Assembly: GCF_020745735.1 (NCBI RefSeq) | Contig: NC_083404.1 | Span: 37,199,731-37,263,730, forward strand | DNA: 64,000 nt | Direction of reading: 5' to 3' | Source of the DNA: Hemiscyllium ocellatum | Lineage: Eukaryota | Shown: positions 1 through 11,699 of the stretch, in pieces | Layout: each line of letters starts with the position of its first letter | Numbering within the stretch: the first letter of the stretch is position 1 | The notes under the pieces: model-generated | What the model was told of the DNA's origin: nothing | The model's input: only the letters and a program-made list of their open reading frames with translations | The model's database searches: none | Made by a program: the position numbers and the translations under genes

Positions 1-195
1 TGCTAGAAAAGCGCAGCAGGTCAGGCAGCATCTAAGGAGCAGGAGAATCGACGTTTCGGCCATGATTCCTGAAGAAGGGCTCATGCTCGAAACGACGATT
101 CTCCTGCTCCTTGGGTGCTGCCTGACCTGCTGCGCTTTTCCAGCAACACATTTTCAGCTCTGATCTCCAGCATCTGCAGTCCTCACTTTTTCCAG
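1..195. mobile_element. Penelope-like element (PLE) terminal-repeat remnant, fold-back arrangement, cut by the window edge
   Basis: Same repeat family as 10364-11521, present in both orientations; degenerate hammerhead-like CTGAAGA...GAAACG near 69-95. Confidence 0.75.
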
Positions 196-1586
196 TATGA
201 GGCAACCATGGGAGCATTCGTAAACCAATTGTGCAAAGAACCAGCGACCATAAGTGTGCAACCATAAGGCCATAAGATTTAAGAATAGGAGTAGACAGTT
301 CGAGCCCTCCAGCCTGCTGATCCGACATTTCTAACGTCCATTTTCCTGCCCATTACCTGCCTTTGATTCCCCTACTGATGAAGAATCTGTCTATCTTTTG
401 TATCCGCAAGGAATCTGCCCAACACAGCTCTTCGCGGCAAACAGTTGGAAAAACTCACAACACTTAGAGAGGAAATTCCCCCTCATCCCAGTCTTAAATT
501 GGGGCTATGCCCTCTGATCCAAAACTCTCCCATGAGGAAAAACGTCCCCTCAGCATTTACCCTGCCAAGACCCTAAAGAATCCTAAGTGCTTCAATGAGA
601 TCATCTCTCATTGTTCTGAACTCCCAACATGTTTAGCCTTTGTTCAAAGTTATACTTTGAACAAAGGCTGTGATCTGGAATGCGCTGACTGTAACATCTG
701 TGGAAACTAATTCAATTTTTGAAAAGTAGGAATAGATAAAGTTATGACGAGTGAGCAAAGGAGACCCGCCAACTGGATAGAAGTGGTGCGTGTATGATAG
801 ACCTAATACCTTCCTTCTCTAATCTATCATCCTGTAATTTTACCCGCGCCCCTTCCCAATTGACTTAACACTTATGCTTCCCTGGCCGCTTTCTTTGTTG
901 AAAGATACGAAGTTGCCCCTTTCCTTTCTTTAAGAATTTCCTCGAACCAACGGTAATTAAGTTAAAGTGATCAACGCATGATAAGCAACTTTTAAAAGTG
1001 CGTCGACCCGCCGTAATATTGAAGCTGAACATGAATTAAATGCAGGTCTTTCCTCATTTTGGCTGATCGGCAATGAACGGCCCACCTTCCCGGCCTTTTG
1101 AGAGGCCCACCTTCCCGGCCTTTTGAGGCTCGGGTCCACCACGTCGCCTCTCAGTCCCTCTCACCTGCGCGGGCAGACCTACACCGGACAGCTCGCCTCC
1201 CCTTCCCACAGTCCTCCCCCGTCCTGACCTATCAAGTTACCCTCGCTTTATTCCAGAAATCAATTACTGCTCCGATGTCATAGACATCCACTAGCCCCTA
1301 AAGTGCAGATTTATGTACATTCTAAACAGTTTGGGACCTTAGTCATGTTCTTAACGCTGCTCCAAAATAACGTACCTTCAATCTGAAAGTCGAAATTTTG
1401 TAAGGAGTATATATAAATTCATATAGGCAAAATATGGTGCATGTTCGAATCTCAAACGAACACAGAGAATGGAGGAGAAACTCAGCGTGCTTTGTGTATC
1501 ATAAATTCACTGCTTATTCCTTTATGTTGGACTTTGCCCATAGAGGCGACACTTGTGTGAGAGCAGTGAACGATTCGAACGGGAAA

Positions 1587-1668
1587 AAATGAGGTCTGCA
1601 GATGCTGGAGATCACAGCTGCAAATGTGTTGCTGGTCAAAGCACAGCAGGTTAGGCAGCATCTTTTTT
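1587..1668. mobile_element. Short PLE-derived insertion with 15-bp TSD
   Basis: TSD GATTCGAACGGGAAA at 1572-1586 and 1669-1683. Confidence 0.85.
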
Positions 1669-1986
1669 GATTCGAACGGGAAACTAAGTTCCTCGTTCAT
1701 CTTCGGGTCCCACTGTATCTCCCCAGTTTCTAGAGTTCCATTCCCAACAAATTAACAAATTCCCAACAACCTGTCGCCACTAAACGTCCCTTTTCGTGCC
1801 TCCCTGAAGCAGAATGTGAACTATTCCCGTGTATGATTAAATTGCTAGATTTGAAGACTCACAGGGACTCACAGTTCAGTCCCAGCACCGAAAACGGAAG
1901 ATTTTTAAAAATCAGTTTGCACAAATTGCAGGGTGTATAGCTGCAAGGGAACATGACCCCGGGATGAGCAACAAAATCAAACTCAC

Positions 1987-2035
1987 CCGTTACAATGAGC
2001 CTGGTCCCACTGCCAAACTGCAAACCTGTACCGGC
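1987..2035 (-). CDS. TRGJ: J gene segment J4 (C-proximal, atypical): AGTGLQFGSGTRLIVT
   Basis: FGxG motif; splice donor G|GTGAGT (1981-1986); adjacent 12-RSS; 49 nt = 16 codons + 1. Confidence 0.85.
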
Positions 2036-2063
2036 CACAGCGACAGGGTACCGTACAAAATCT
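2036..2063 (+). promoter_or_regulatory. 12-RSS of J4
   Basis: Heptamer CACAGCG 2036-2042, 12-nt spacer, nonamer ACAAAATCT 2055-2063. Confidence 0.85.
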
Positions 2064-2571
2064 GCAGCGGTGAATATTACTGCCGCGTTTAAGGACTAAT
2101 GTTCCAGGTCACTTACTGTAACTCTTGTGCTATTACCCATCTGCATTAGTATCATTGGATCTATGAATTGTTACTGTTTCCAGTGCTTTATTTAACTGAC
2201 CGTTAGATATTTCCCTCATTAAACATGACAGGGTTTTCAGAGTAACTGTAGCAATCGGAAAATTCTGCAAACACAATTTAAGTGGTAGATCCAGATTAGC
2301 GCGGAGTTCCTATAACAGACAGGTAGGGATCTTGTTGATGTCATCTTGGCCACAATACTACATGATACATTTCGCGGTGTTACCGGATGATCAATTTTAA
2401 TATTGGCAACGTTAGGTGCCCGGGGCCATGCACTCAGCACTCCCGAATCCGTTATAAAGCTGCAGTCCAGAAACCGTCAAGCCGCCTTTGACCCAAGTGC
2501 CCCAGACCTTCTCGGTATCAACCTGGAGCGAGTTTCGCTGCAATATCGCTCCTTAACCATTGTCCACTCAC

Positions 2572-2618
2572 CTGTAACTACCAGTTTAGTCCCAGTTCCG
2601 AAGACCTTTACCCCTCAC
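2572..2618 (-). CDS. TRGJ: J gene segment J3: (stop)GVKVFGTGTKLVVT
   Basis: KVFGxGTKL motif; donor G|GTGAGT (2566-2571); in-frame TGA at germline nt 2-4. Confidence 0.92.
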
Positions 2619-2646
2619 CACAGTGACATGCTACCATACAAAAACC
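2619..2646 (+). promoter_or_regulatory. 12-RSS of J3 (perfect consensus)
   Basis: CACAGTG 2619-2625, 12-nt spacer, ACAAAAACC 2638-2646. Confidence 0.97.
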
Positions 2647-2865
2647 CGGCCACTGCCTGTATCCTGAGGCTGACCTATTCGGGGAAACACCGAACGGAGA
2701 TAGGGTTTTGGTGCCAATCTCCTCCAACAACCACGAGAAGCTGGCACCGTGGCCAGCCACACCCCCATCAAATATTGTACAGATTGACCGCCACACCAAA
2801 CGTTATTTTTGTAAATAAATCCCTCCGAACCCTATTGAACACTTCACCACACTCACACCTCTTAC

Positions 2866-2922
2866 CCGTAACAATGAGCCGAGTCCCAGAGCCGAATATT
2901 TTTCTCCATGCTCCAGAGGTGG
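2866..2922 (-). CDS. TRGJ: J gene segment J2: TSGAWRKIFGSGTRLIVT
   Basis: WxKIFGxG motif typical of TRGJ; donor G|GTAAGA; 57 nt. Confidence 0.95.
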
Positions 2923-2950
2923 CACTGCGTTATATTACATGACAATAACC
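2923..2950 (+). promoter_or_regulatory. 12-RSS of J2
   Basis: CACTGCG 2923-2929, 12-nt spacer, ACAATAACC 2942-2950. Confidence 0.88.
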
Positions 2951-3095
2951 AACTCAGACGCATAGACTCTCTCCCAAAGGAACTAAACCTGCATAGATCA
3001 GAAAATATCGCCCGCTCTTCTGAAAGCCATGATCCGGTTAGTCAGCACATCTCCACTGTTAGTGCAATACATCGCTACTTACATCGAAGTCTCAC

Positions 3096-3153
3096 CTGTG
3101 ACAAAGAGTTTCGTTCCAGCGCCGAAAACTTTCACGTAAGCACTGCTGTAGAC
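3096..3153 (-). CDS. TRGJ: J gene segment J1 (V-proximal): VYSSAYVKVFGAGTKLFVT
   Basis: YVKVFGxGTKL motif; donor G|GTGAGA; 58 nt. Confidence 0.95.
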
Positions 3154-3181
3154 CACTGTGTTACACCCCCTCACAATAACC
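3154..3181 (+). promoter_or_regulatory. 12-RSS of J1
   Basis: CACTGTG 3154-3160, 12-nt spacer, ACAATAACC 3173-3181. Confidence 0.92.
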
Positions 3182-3419
3182 TATCACTCGCTCTGATTAT
3201 TCACCAGCGGAGTCTCCAACCCTTTTACAGTAACCACACTGGCCAAAGTGGGCACACCCAATATCAAACAATTTGTCCACCTCAACTGGTCTAGTTTCAA
3301 TGATACAGAGACTGAATCCGACCTACAATCCCCCAGACACAGCTGTCACTGAATGCATTTTGAGGGCTAATGTCTCCCCAGTCTCACACTTGCATCAGTT
3401 CCAAAGTCACTAATGGCAA

Positions 3420-4520
3420 ACTAATGGATAAAGTGAAGTCACATGGTGTGCAGGGTATTCTAGCTAGGCGGATAAAGAACTGAAGAGTAGTAGTTGAAGG
3501 GAGTTTCTCGAAATGGAGAAAGTGAGCAGTGGTGTTCCACGGGGATCAGTCCTGGGGCCACTGTTGTTTGTGATATACATAAATAATCTGGAAGAGGCCA
3601 TTGCTGGTCTGATCAGTAAGTTTGCAGATGACATGAAGGTTGGTGGAGAAGCAGAAAGCAGAGGGGACTGTCAAAGAACACAGGAGAATATAGATAGACT
3701 GGAGAGTTGGGTGGAGAAATGCCAGATGGAGTTCCATCCAGGCAAATGTGAAGTGATGCATTTTGGGAGGTCTAATTCTAGAGCAAACTATACTGTAAAT
3801 GGAAGAGCCTTGGGAAAAGTTGATGAGCAGAGAGACCTGGGAGTTCAGGTCTATTGTATCCTGAAGGTGGCTGCACAGGTTGATAGAGTGGTCAAGAAGG
3901 CATATGGTATGCTTGCCTTCATCGGATGGGGTATTGAGTATAAGAGCTGGCAGATCATGTTGAAATTGTTCAAGACATTAGTTTGGCAGTATTTAGAATA
4001 CTGTGTACAGTCTTGGTCACCACATTACCAAAAGGATGTGAAAGCTTTTGAGAGAGTGCAGAGAAGGTTTACAAGGATGTTGCCTCATATGAAAGGTGCT
4101 AGCTATGAAGAGAGGTTGAGTAGGTTAGGACTGTTTTCATTAGAAAAAAAAAGGAGATTAAGGGGGAACCCTGAATGAGGTCTACAAAATCATGAAGGGT
4201 ATAGACAGGATAGATAGAGATAAGCTTTTTTTCCAGGGTGAGGGATTCAATAATGAGAGGTCACGTTTTCAAGGTGGAGACAAAAAGTTTAAGGAGAATA
4301 TATGCAGAAAGTAGTTAACACAGAGGGTGGTAGGTGCCTGGAACATGTTGCCAGCAGAGGAAGTAAAGGCAGGCATGACAGATTCATTTAAGGCATGTCT
4401 GGACAGATGTATGAGTAGGTGGGGAACAGAGGGATACAGATGTTTAGGAACTGGGCGATGACAGAAGGTTTGGATTGGCTCAGGCTTGGAGGGCCAAAGG
4501 GCCTGTTCCTGGGCAGTACA
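3420..4520 (+). mobile_element. CR1 (HER1-like) LINE, 5'-truncated RT/3' end
   Basis: ORF 3513-4178 with GVPRGSVLGPLLF and KFADD motifs, followed by CR1 3' UTR. Confidence 0.92.
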
Positions 4521-4878
4521 TTTTCTTTGTTCTTTGTTCTTTGTTCTTTGTCACACCAACCAATGGGTTGGTGTTCCACCCATGCCCACACCTGGTACAC
4601 AGATTGTCAGGGTGAGGTGTGAGGGATCGGGAAAGGGTGAAGTGGGGAATGAAGATTTGTATTTGAATCAAGTTGAGAATCAAGTTTAGAGGTAGGTTTC
4701 TTTCTTAATTACAAAAATATACTTTAATCATAAATAAACTTTTCCCTATCAGTACATATACATCTCAATCCTTTCTAAGCAGTCTTTGAGACAGAAAAAA
4801 AAAACAGAGGACATATTGGTATTTGACTGCCCAAAGAGAAAGGCATTTTTAACTCATGTAGGAAAATATTTCCATGTA

Positions 4879-5190
4879 TTTTTGTTTAGATGTTTAGATT
4901 ACCTACGGTGTGGAAACAGGCCTTTTGGCCCAACAGATCCACACCGACCCACCGAAGAGTAACCCACTCAGTCCCATTCTCCTCTGACTAATGCAGCTAA
5001 CACTATGGGCAATTTAGCCTAGCCAATTCACCTGACCTGCACATCTTTGGATTGTGGGAGGAAACTGGAGCACCCAGAAGAAACCAATGCAAACACGGAA
5101 GGATGTGCAAACTCCACACAGACAGTTGCCCAAGGCTGGAATCGAATCTAGGAATCTGGTGCTGTGAGGCAGCAGTGCTAGCCACTGAGT
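4879..5190 (-). mobile_element. HE1/V-SINE-like tRNA-derived SINE
   Basis: tRNA-like head, conserved core and CR1-derived tail shared with other copies in the window. Confidence 0.85.
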
Positions 5191-5884
5191 ATGAGGCAAT
5201 GGGAGTCTGAGAACTGAACAGATCCCTGTTATACTTTGGCAGAACAATCTGAAACAGAGATATTTTTTCACTGTGCATTGGCGGCTAAGCTTTAGTACAT
5301 CACTCAACATGTAGTTGTGGACCTTGAAATATTCAGGCTACAATACCTGGTCAAAACCAACTAGTTTCAGGTTGACCAAAGAGCGTCTTTCATGGAGTTG
5401 ATGGTCCTCCAAGAGCAGTTGATGTTTGTCTCTGTGTGCATCCTGGGAAACAGCTGGTAGAGCACAGAGTTCTGCATCATGGAGCTGTTCAGCGACCAAT
5501 CTCAGCAAAAAAAAACATTGCATGTCTCTCTCTTCTTTGCAAATGGACATTCCTGAAGCAGATGTGTGACAGTCTCCATTTGCTCCCCACTTCCACAGTT
5601 GCTTTGAGGACAGTGTGTGGTGGTGGCCAGTGTCATGAAGACTTTGAGGGGCAATGCCCTTCTCACCACCAGTCAAACAACATATTGGAAAGTTCACACG
5701 ATTAGTCATTTTGCCAAATAATTTTGGCAGTCTGCTCAGGTAACCATCCAACAGAATCAACCTTCTCCTTTACCCTAAGGGTGTCAAGGACACCACATGC
5801 TGAACATTGCCTAATGGACTTTTAGTCAATGCTTTAGTCAAACTTTTCTATGAGGAACAGGTAATGCAGAACAGTCCAACTACA

Positions 5885-6835
5885 GCCATAGAGGAATGTA
5901 ACATGGAAACAGACCCTTCAGTCTAACTCATTCATGTTTACCAGACATCATAAATTAATCCAAATGCATCTGCTAGCATTTTGCACATATCCTTCTAAAC
6001 CTTTCATATTCATATAGCATTCAGACACCTTTTAATCTTGGTGATTATACCAGTCCCCGCCACTTCCTCTGGCAGCTCATTGCATGCACAAACTACTCTC
6101 TGCATGAAAAAGTTATCTCTTAGGTCCCTTTTAAATCTTCACCCTCTCACTTTTAACCTATGTCTTCCAGTTCTGGACTCCCCCACCTCAGGAAAAGTCC
6201 TTGTCTATTATCCTATCTATGCTCTCATGATTTTATAAACCTCTATAAGTTCACCCTTCAGCCTATAACCCTGCAGGGAAAATAACCCCAGCCTATTCAG
6301 CCTCTCCCTGTAGCTCAAAACCTCCAACCCTGGCAACATCTTTGTAAATCTATTCTGGTCGCTTTCAAGCTTCATGACATCATTCTTATAGCAGGGAGAC
6401 CAGAATTGCACACAGTATTCCCAAAGTGGCCTAACCAATGTTTTGTACAGCCACAACATGACCTTCCCAATCATATACTCAATACTCTGACCAATAAACA
6501 CCTTCTTCACTATCCTATCTACATGAGACTCCACTTTCAAAGAACTATATTTCTGCCCTCCAAGATTTCTTTGTTCAGTAACACTTGCCAGGACCTTACC
6601 AATAAATATATAAGTCCTGCCCTGATTTGCCTTTCCAAAATGCAGCACCTCACATTTATCGAAACAAAACTCCATCTCAGTCTATTGGCCCATCTGATTC
6701 AGTTGTACTCTGAGTTAACCTTCTTTGCTATCTCCCATCCCTCCAATTTTGGTGTCATCTGCAAACTTACCAACCATACCTCCTATGTTCACATCGAAAT
6801 CATTTATCCAAATGACTAAAAGCAGTGGATAGTTT
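5885..6835 (-). mobile_element. CR1 LINE 3' fragment
   Basis: ORF 6217-6675 (KCEVLHFG, EYCVQFWSP). Confidence 0.9.
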
Positions 6836-6966
6836 GTGATTCAAACTACTTTAGGGTGTTTCATGGCAACGAGGCCAGGCCCATCCTCCACAGCACTGGG
6901 AATAGATAGAACTTCAGTATGTAATAACACTTGGTTATTACATACCCAGGTCCACATACAACTTTT

Positions 6967-7276
6967 AGATTAGATTACTTACAGTGTGGAAACAGGCCCT
7001 TCGGCCCAACAAGTCCACACTGACCCGCCGAAGCGCAACCCACCCATACCCTTACATTTACCCCTTACCTAACACTATGGGCAATTTAGCATGACCAATT
7101 CACCTGACCCGCACATCTTTGGACTGTGGGAGGAAACCGGAGCATCCGGAGGAAACCCACGCAGACACGGGGAGAACGTGCAAACTCCACACAGTCAGTC
7201 GCCTGAGTCGGGAATTGAACCCGCGTCTTAGGCGTTGTGAGGCAGCAGTGCTAACCACTGTGCCACCGTGCCACCC
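6967..7276 (-). mobile_element. HE1/V-SINE-like SINE
   Basis: Full copy with (TAATC)n tail. Confidence 0.92.
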
Positions 7277-9194
7277 ATTTATGCAGCCACACACAAAGTT
7301 GGCTGTCAGGATGAAGTTTGTATTAGGTACATCCTTCCCCTCCTTATCTAGACCTTTGTACTTAGTGTCCAGATGAAGTGGAAGATGGCTCGGGTGACTG
7401 CAGTGGTGCAGGCTCAGGGAATAGGCTAGACCTACATACATTAACATGTATTACATGCAACAGTACAAAGAGTACTTCACTCCTGATGACGAGGTTTTAA
7501 TTCACAGTGATGAGGGAATAGTGCCCTCATCTGCCCAGTTTCTGCCTCATCTTGGTGGTTCACTTCTCACAAATTTTTTCACATGTTACAACCTCTCTAA
7601 ACCATATTCCGAGCACATTCAGGTAATCTATCCTCACAGTGATGGGTGAAAGGATTGGTCGACCCAGCTTACAAAGAACATGGCCTTCCTCTTCCCTTAA
7701 TTTATCCTGGTTCCCAAGGCCAGTTGAACTCATCACAGATGCTCATGAGTCTGTGTACTGACAGTGGATCTGTGCAGAAAATGGCAACATCAACCATGTG
7801 CGGGGAGGCTCTGATTTACAGGCCTTCATTGCTTGGGATAGACACACCTCTCAGGCTTGCATCTTTCCTTATGGACTCAGCAAAAGGCTCTATACAATAT
7901 ACAAACAAGGAACCAGACAGTGGGCTGCCCAGCCTCTCTCCACATCTTATCAGGAAGTTTTCTGATTCCCACCCATGGATTAAGTCTGCACTAAAGATGG
8001 TGTGTACAGCAGTCAGATGAATTGCAGATTCCCTCTACAAAGCCCATTTGGAGATCACATCCCTCATGCATGTGTATAATATCCAGTTAAAGGCCTTCTC
8101 CTGGTCCAGAGCAATGAAGCAAATGCTCCTGTCCTGCATGTAGCTGATTGTATCTCTGAGGAGCACAATGCTCTCAGAGATCTTGTCTGGTATAGCACAG
8201 GTTTGGTTAGGATGAATCACTCGTCCCTGAGCAGATCTGACCTGATTGGCGATGACCTTAAACAGGATTTTATCATCCACATTCAACAGACAAATTGGTT
8301 ACCAACTTCTAATTTCCTTCCTTTCACCTTCTGCTTGTAGATGATTGTGATGATACCTTTCCTTATGGATTAGCATGTTACCTGCCATAATCATCTTCTC
8401 GTATACCTCCAGCAGATCCTGATCAAACAAGTCCCACAGAGCTGAATAGCCGGTAAGCTACCACTTCTGGAACTTTTTATTCTTGTCAAAGGATTTGATG
8501 GCCTTGGTCAGCTCTTTAGGAGATGATGGCTGGTCCAACCTCTCTCATGTGCTGTTGGTTAAAACTTCTGTGATCGAGGGCAGGAATGCCTGGGAGGCTG
8601 TGCTGTTTGTGGGCTTTGTGTCATACAGTCTGGCATAATCTTCACTACTCTTCAGAAGCCACAACATTATGTTAGTGGATTATGACTGTCAATCTAATAT
8701 TCATTTAATTTCCATGAAAGGACCTGATGGTTCAGTGGCTCCAAATTTACTGCACCATAATAAATGAGAAGGCAAGTGGTGAGGATGACATAAAGCATCT
8801 GCATAGACAAGTTAAACAAGTGGGCAAAGACTTAAAAGATGAAATATGATTTCAGAAAATGTGAGATTATATATGTTGGCAAGAATAGAGGAGTTGAATA
8901 TTATTTAAACATAGAAAAACTGCAGAAAGCTATGGAACAGATGGATTTGGGAATCCTTGCCCATAAATCACAAAAAAACGCATCCGAGCTTTTTTATTTC
9001 TTCACTCATGGGACATGGGTTTTGCTTGCTGGCCAGTATTTGTTGTCCATCCTTAGTTTGCTTGAGAAGGTAGTGGTGAGCTGTCTTCTAGAACCGCTCT
9101 CGTCCAAATGCTGTAAGTTGACCCATAATGCACTTATAGGAAGAGAATTCCAGAATTTTGACCCAGTGACAGTGAAGGAACAAAGGCGGCATAC

Positions 9195-10220
9195 TTAAAC
9201 TACTGGACCTATGCCTCACAACACACTTCACATTCAACAACCAGATATATGAACAAATCAACGGAACACCCATGGGCTCATCGATCTCCGGAGAAGAAAA
9301 GGGCAACCAGCTCCCATTCCTAGACGTGATGGTACAAAGAACACCGAATGGAGAATTCACAACGAAGGTATACAGGAAAGCCACACACACAGACCAAGTC
9401 CTGAACTATGAAAGCAACCACCCCAACACACACAAATGAAGTTGCATCAGGACATTATTCAAAAGGGCCACAACACACTGCAGAGCACCTGAACTACAAA
9501 AAGAGGAAGAAGAGCACCTATACAAGGTATTCACCAAGAACGGATACCCACGCAATTTCATCAACAGATGCCTTAAGGAAAGACAACGAAATGAGGACAT
9601 GCCACAACCCAAAGGACTGGCCACACTCCCATACACCAGGAGCATTTCTGAACTGACAGCCAGACTGCTGCGACCACTAGGACTCATAACAGCACACAAA
9701 CCAACAGCCACCCTCAGACAACAACTCACCAGGACAAAGGACCCGATACCCAGCATGAGCAAAACCAATGTAGTGTACAAAATCCCATGCAAGGACTGCA
9801 CAAAACACTACATAGGACAAACAGGAAGACAGCTAACAACCACACCAACTAGCCATGAAACAACACGACCAGCTATCCCTAGTAGCCATACACTCAGATG
9901 ACAAACAACACAAATTTGATTGGGACAGCACCACTATTATAGGGCAGGCCAAACAGAGAACAGCCAGGGAATTCCTAGAGGCATGGCACTCATCCACAAA
10001 TTCTATCAACAGACACATCGACCTAGACCCTATATACTGGCCACTGCAGCGGACAGCAACTGACAACCGGAAGCGGCAGATTCAAACCAGTATAAATGCC
10101 GGAGGAATCAGCACAGAAGCGCTTCACAGGAGGCTCCCAAGCACTGAAGATGTCACCTAGAAAGGGGACAAAACGTTTGCAACAAAAACTTCCAGCTCGG
10201 CGAACAGAACCACAACAAAA
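9195..10220 (+). mobile_element. Penelope-like element (Poseidon-type), truncated RT plus GIY-YIG endonuclease
   Basis: GTPMGS and LPFLDV RT motifs; NVVYKIPCKDCTKHYIGQTGR; terminal repeat with a mutated hammerhead core near 10144-10178. Confidence 0.88.
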
Positions 10221-10363
10221 GAGGGCTAATCATGACCATTTCTGAAAAATGCAACAAAATTCAAATTCATGTCAAGTACGGCTGGTGCACCATCCATTGC
10301 AAAAGAAATCAATTTCTTGTTTACCTTCTGAAGGATACTTAGATAAGGGCAAAATAATATTGG

Positions 10364-11521
10364 AGGAGAAAGTGAGGTCTGCAGATGCTGGAGATCAGAG
10401 CTGAAAATGTGTTGCTGGAAAAGCGCAGTAGGTCAGGCAGCATCCAAGGAACAGGAGATTCGACGTTTCGGCCCTTCTTCAGGAATGAGGAAAGTGTGTC
10501 CAGCAGGCTAAGATAAAAGATAGGGAGGAGGGACTTGGGGGAGGGGCGATGGAGATGCGATAGGTGGAAGGAGGTCAAGGTGAGGGTGATAGGCCGGAGT
10601 GGGGTGGGGGCGGAGAGGTCAGGAAGAAGATTGCAGGTTAGGAAGGCAGTGCTGAGTTCGAGGGATTTACTGAGACAAGGTGGGGGGAGGGGAAATGAGG
10701 AAACTGGAGAAATCTGAGTTCATCCCTTGTGGTTGGAGGGTTCCTAGGCGGAAGATAAGGCGCTCTTCCTCCAACCGTTGTGTTGTTATGGTCTGGCGGT
10801 GGAGGAGTCCAAGGACCTGCATGTGGGAGGGGGAGTTAAAGTGTTTAGCCACGGGGTGGTGGGATTGGTTGGTCCGGGTGGCCCACTGGTTCTCACCTAC
10901 CATCCCACCAATCTCCGTATACAGCGTATCATCCGCTGTCATTTCCGTCACCTCCAAATGGACCCCACCACCAGGGATATATTTCCCTCCCCTCCCCTAT
11001 CAGTGTTCCGAAAAGACCACTCCCTCCGTGACTCCCTCGTCAGGTCCACCCCCCACCAACCCAACCTCCACTCCCGGCACCTTCCCCAGCAACCGCAAGA
11101 AATGCAAAACTTGCGCCCACACCTCCTCCTTACTTCTCTCCAAGTCCCCAAGGGATCCTTCCATATCCACACAAATTCACCTGCACCTCCACACACATCA
11201 TTTATTGCATCCGCTGCACCCGATATGGCCTCCTCTATATTGGGGAGACAGGCCACCTACTTGCGGAACGTTTCAGAGAACACCTCTGGGACACCCAGAC
11301 CAACCAACCCAACCCACTCCGGCCTATCACCCTCACCTTGACCTCCTTCCACCTATCGCATCTCCATCGCCCCTCCCCCAAGTCCCTCCTCCCTACCTTT
11401 TATCTTAGCCTGCTGGACACACTTTCCTCATTCCTGAAGAAGGGCTTATGCCCGAAACGTCGAACCTCCTGTTCCTTGGATGCTGCCTGACCTACTGCGC
11501 TTTTCCAGCAACACATTTTCA
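10364..11521 (+). mobile_element. Penelope-like element with inverted 3' portion, second family
   Basis: GIY-YIG region (CKTC..H, YCIRC...YIGETG) on +, inverted C-terminal piece (EEERLIFRLGTLQPQGMN) on -; TSD GCAAAA(T/G)AATATTGG at 10349-10363 and 11522-11536. Confidence 0.9.
11430..11465 (+). ncRNA. Minimal type-I hammerhead ribozyme motif in PLE terminal repeat
   Basis: ATTC-CTGAAGA-A-GGGC-TTAT-GCCC-GAAA-CGTC-GAAC. Confidence 0.75.
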
Positions 11522-11699
11522 GCAAAAGAATATTGGCCCAACCAACAAAAGGCCAATGCAAAGTGTCTGTTCTACATGGGCATTCTGGCCTCCTGACCCA
11601 GTGAAAAATGAAGACAAAACAATATGTTACAAAATCAGGATGGTGAGTGTTTTGGAGAGGACTTTGCAGGTGTGTATTCCCAGTTATGTACTGCTTTTG

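Larger units (their letters stand above)
4700..8660 (-). mobile_element. Fragmented Tx1/L1-clade LINE interrupted by two SINEs and a CR1
   Basis: RT fragment 8035-8286 (IHPNQTCAIP...DQEKAF); C-terminal CP..CG..ETV.HLL.EC-like region near 5400-5680; AT-rich 3' end near 4700-4750. Confidence 0.7.

Noticed and set aside
1857-1900. J-like FGAGTEL on the minus strand with GTGAGT motifs
   Set aside because: Stop follows immediately, the donor-like motifs come from a 10-bp tandem duplication, and there is no 12-RSS at the right distance; at most a relic
1-1980. Constant-region exon
   Set aside because: No C1-set motifs or suitable open exon seen; C presumably lies outside the window
2111-2150. J-like MQMGNSTRVT followed by GTAAGT (minus)
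   Set aside because: No FGxG and no RSS
2403-3294. ORFs of 179 aa and 128 aa on + over the J cluster
   Set aside because: Antisense shadows of J segments and GC-richer unique DNA; no recognisable domain
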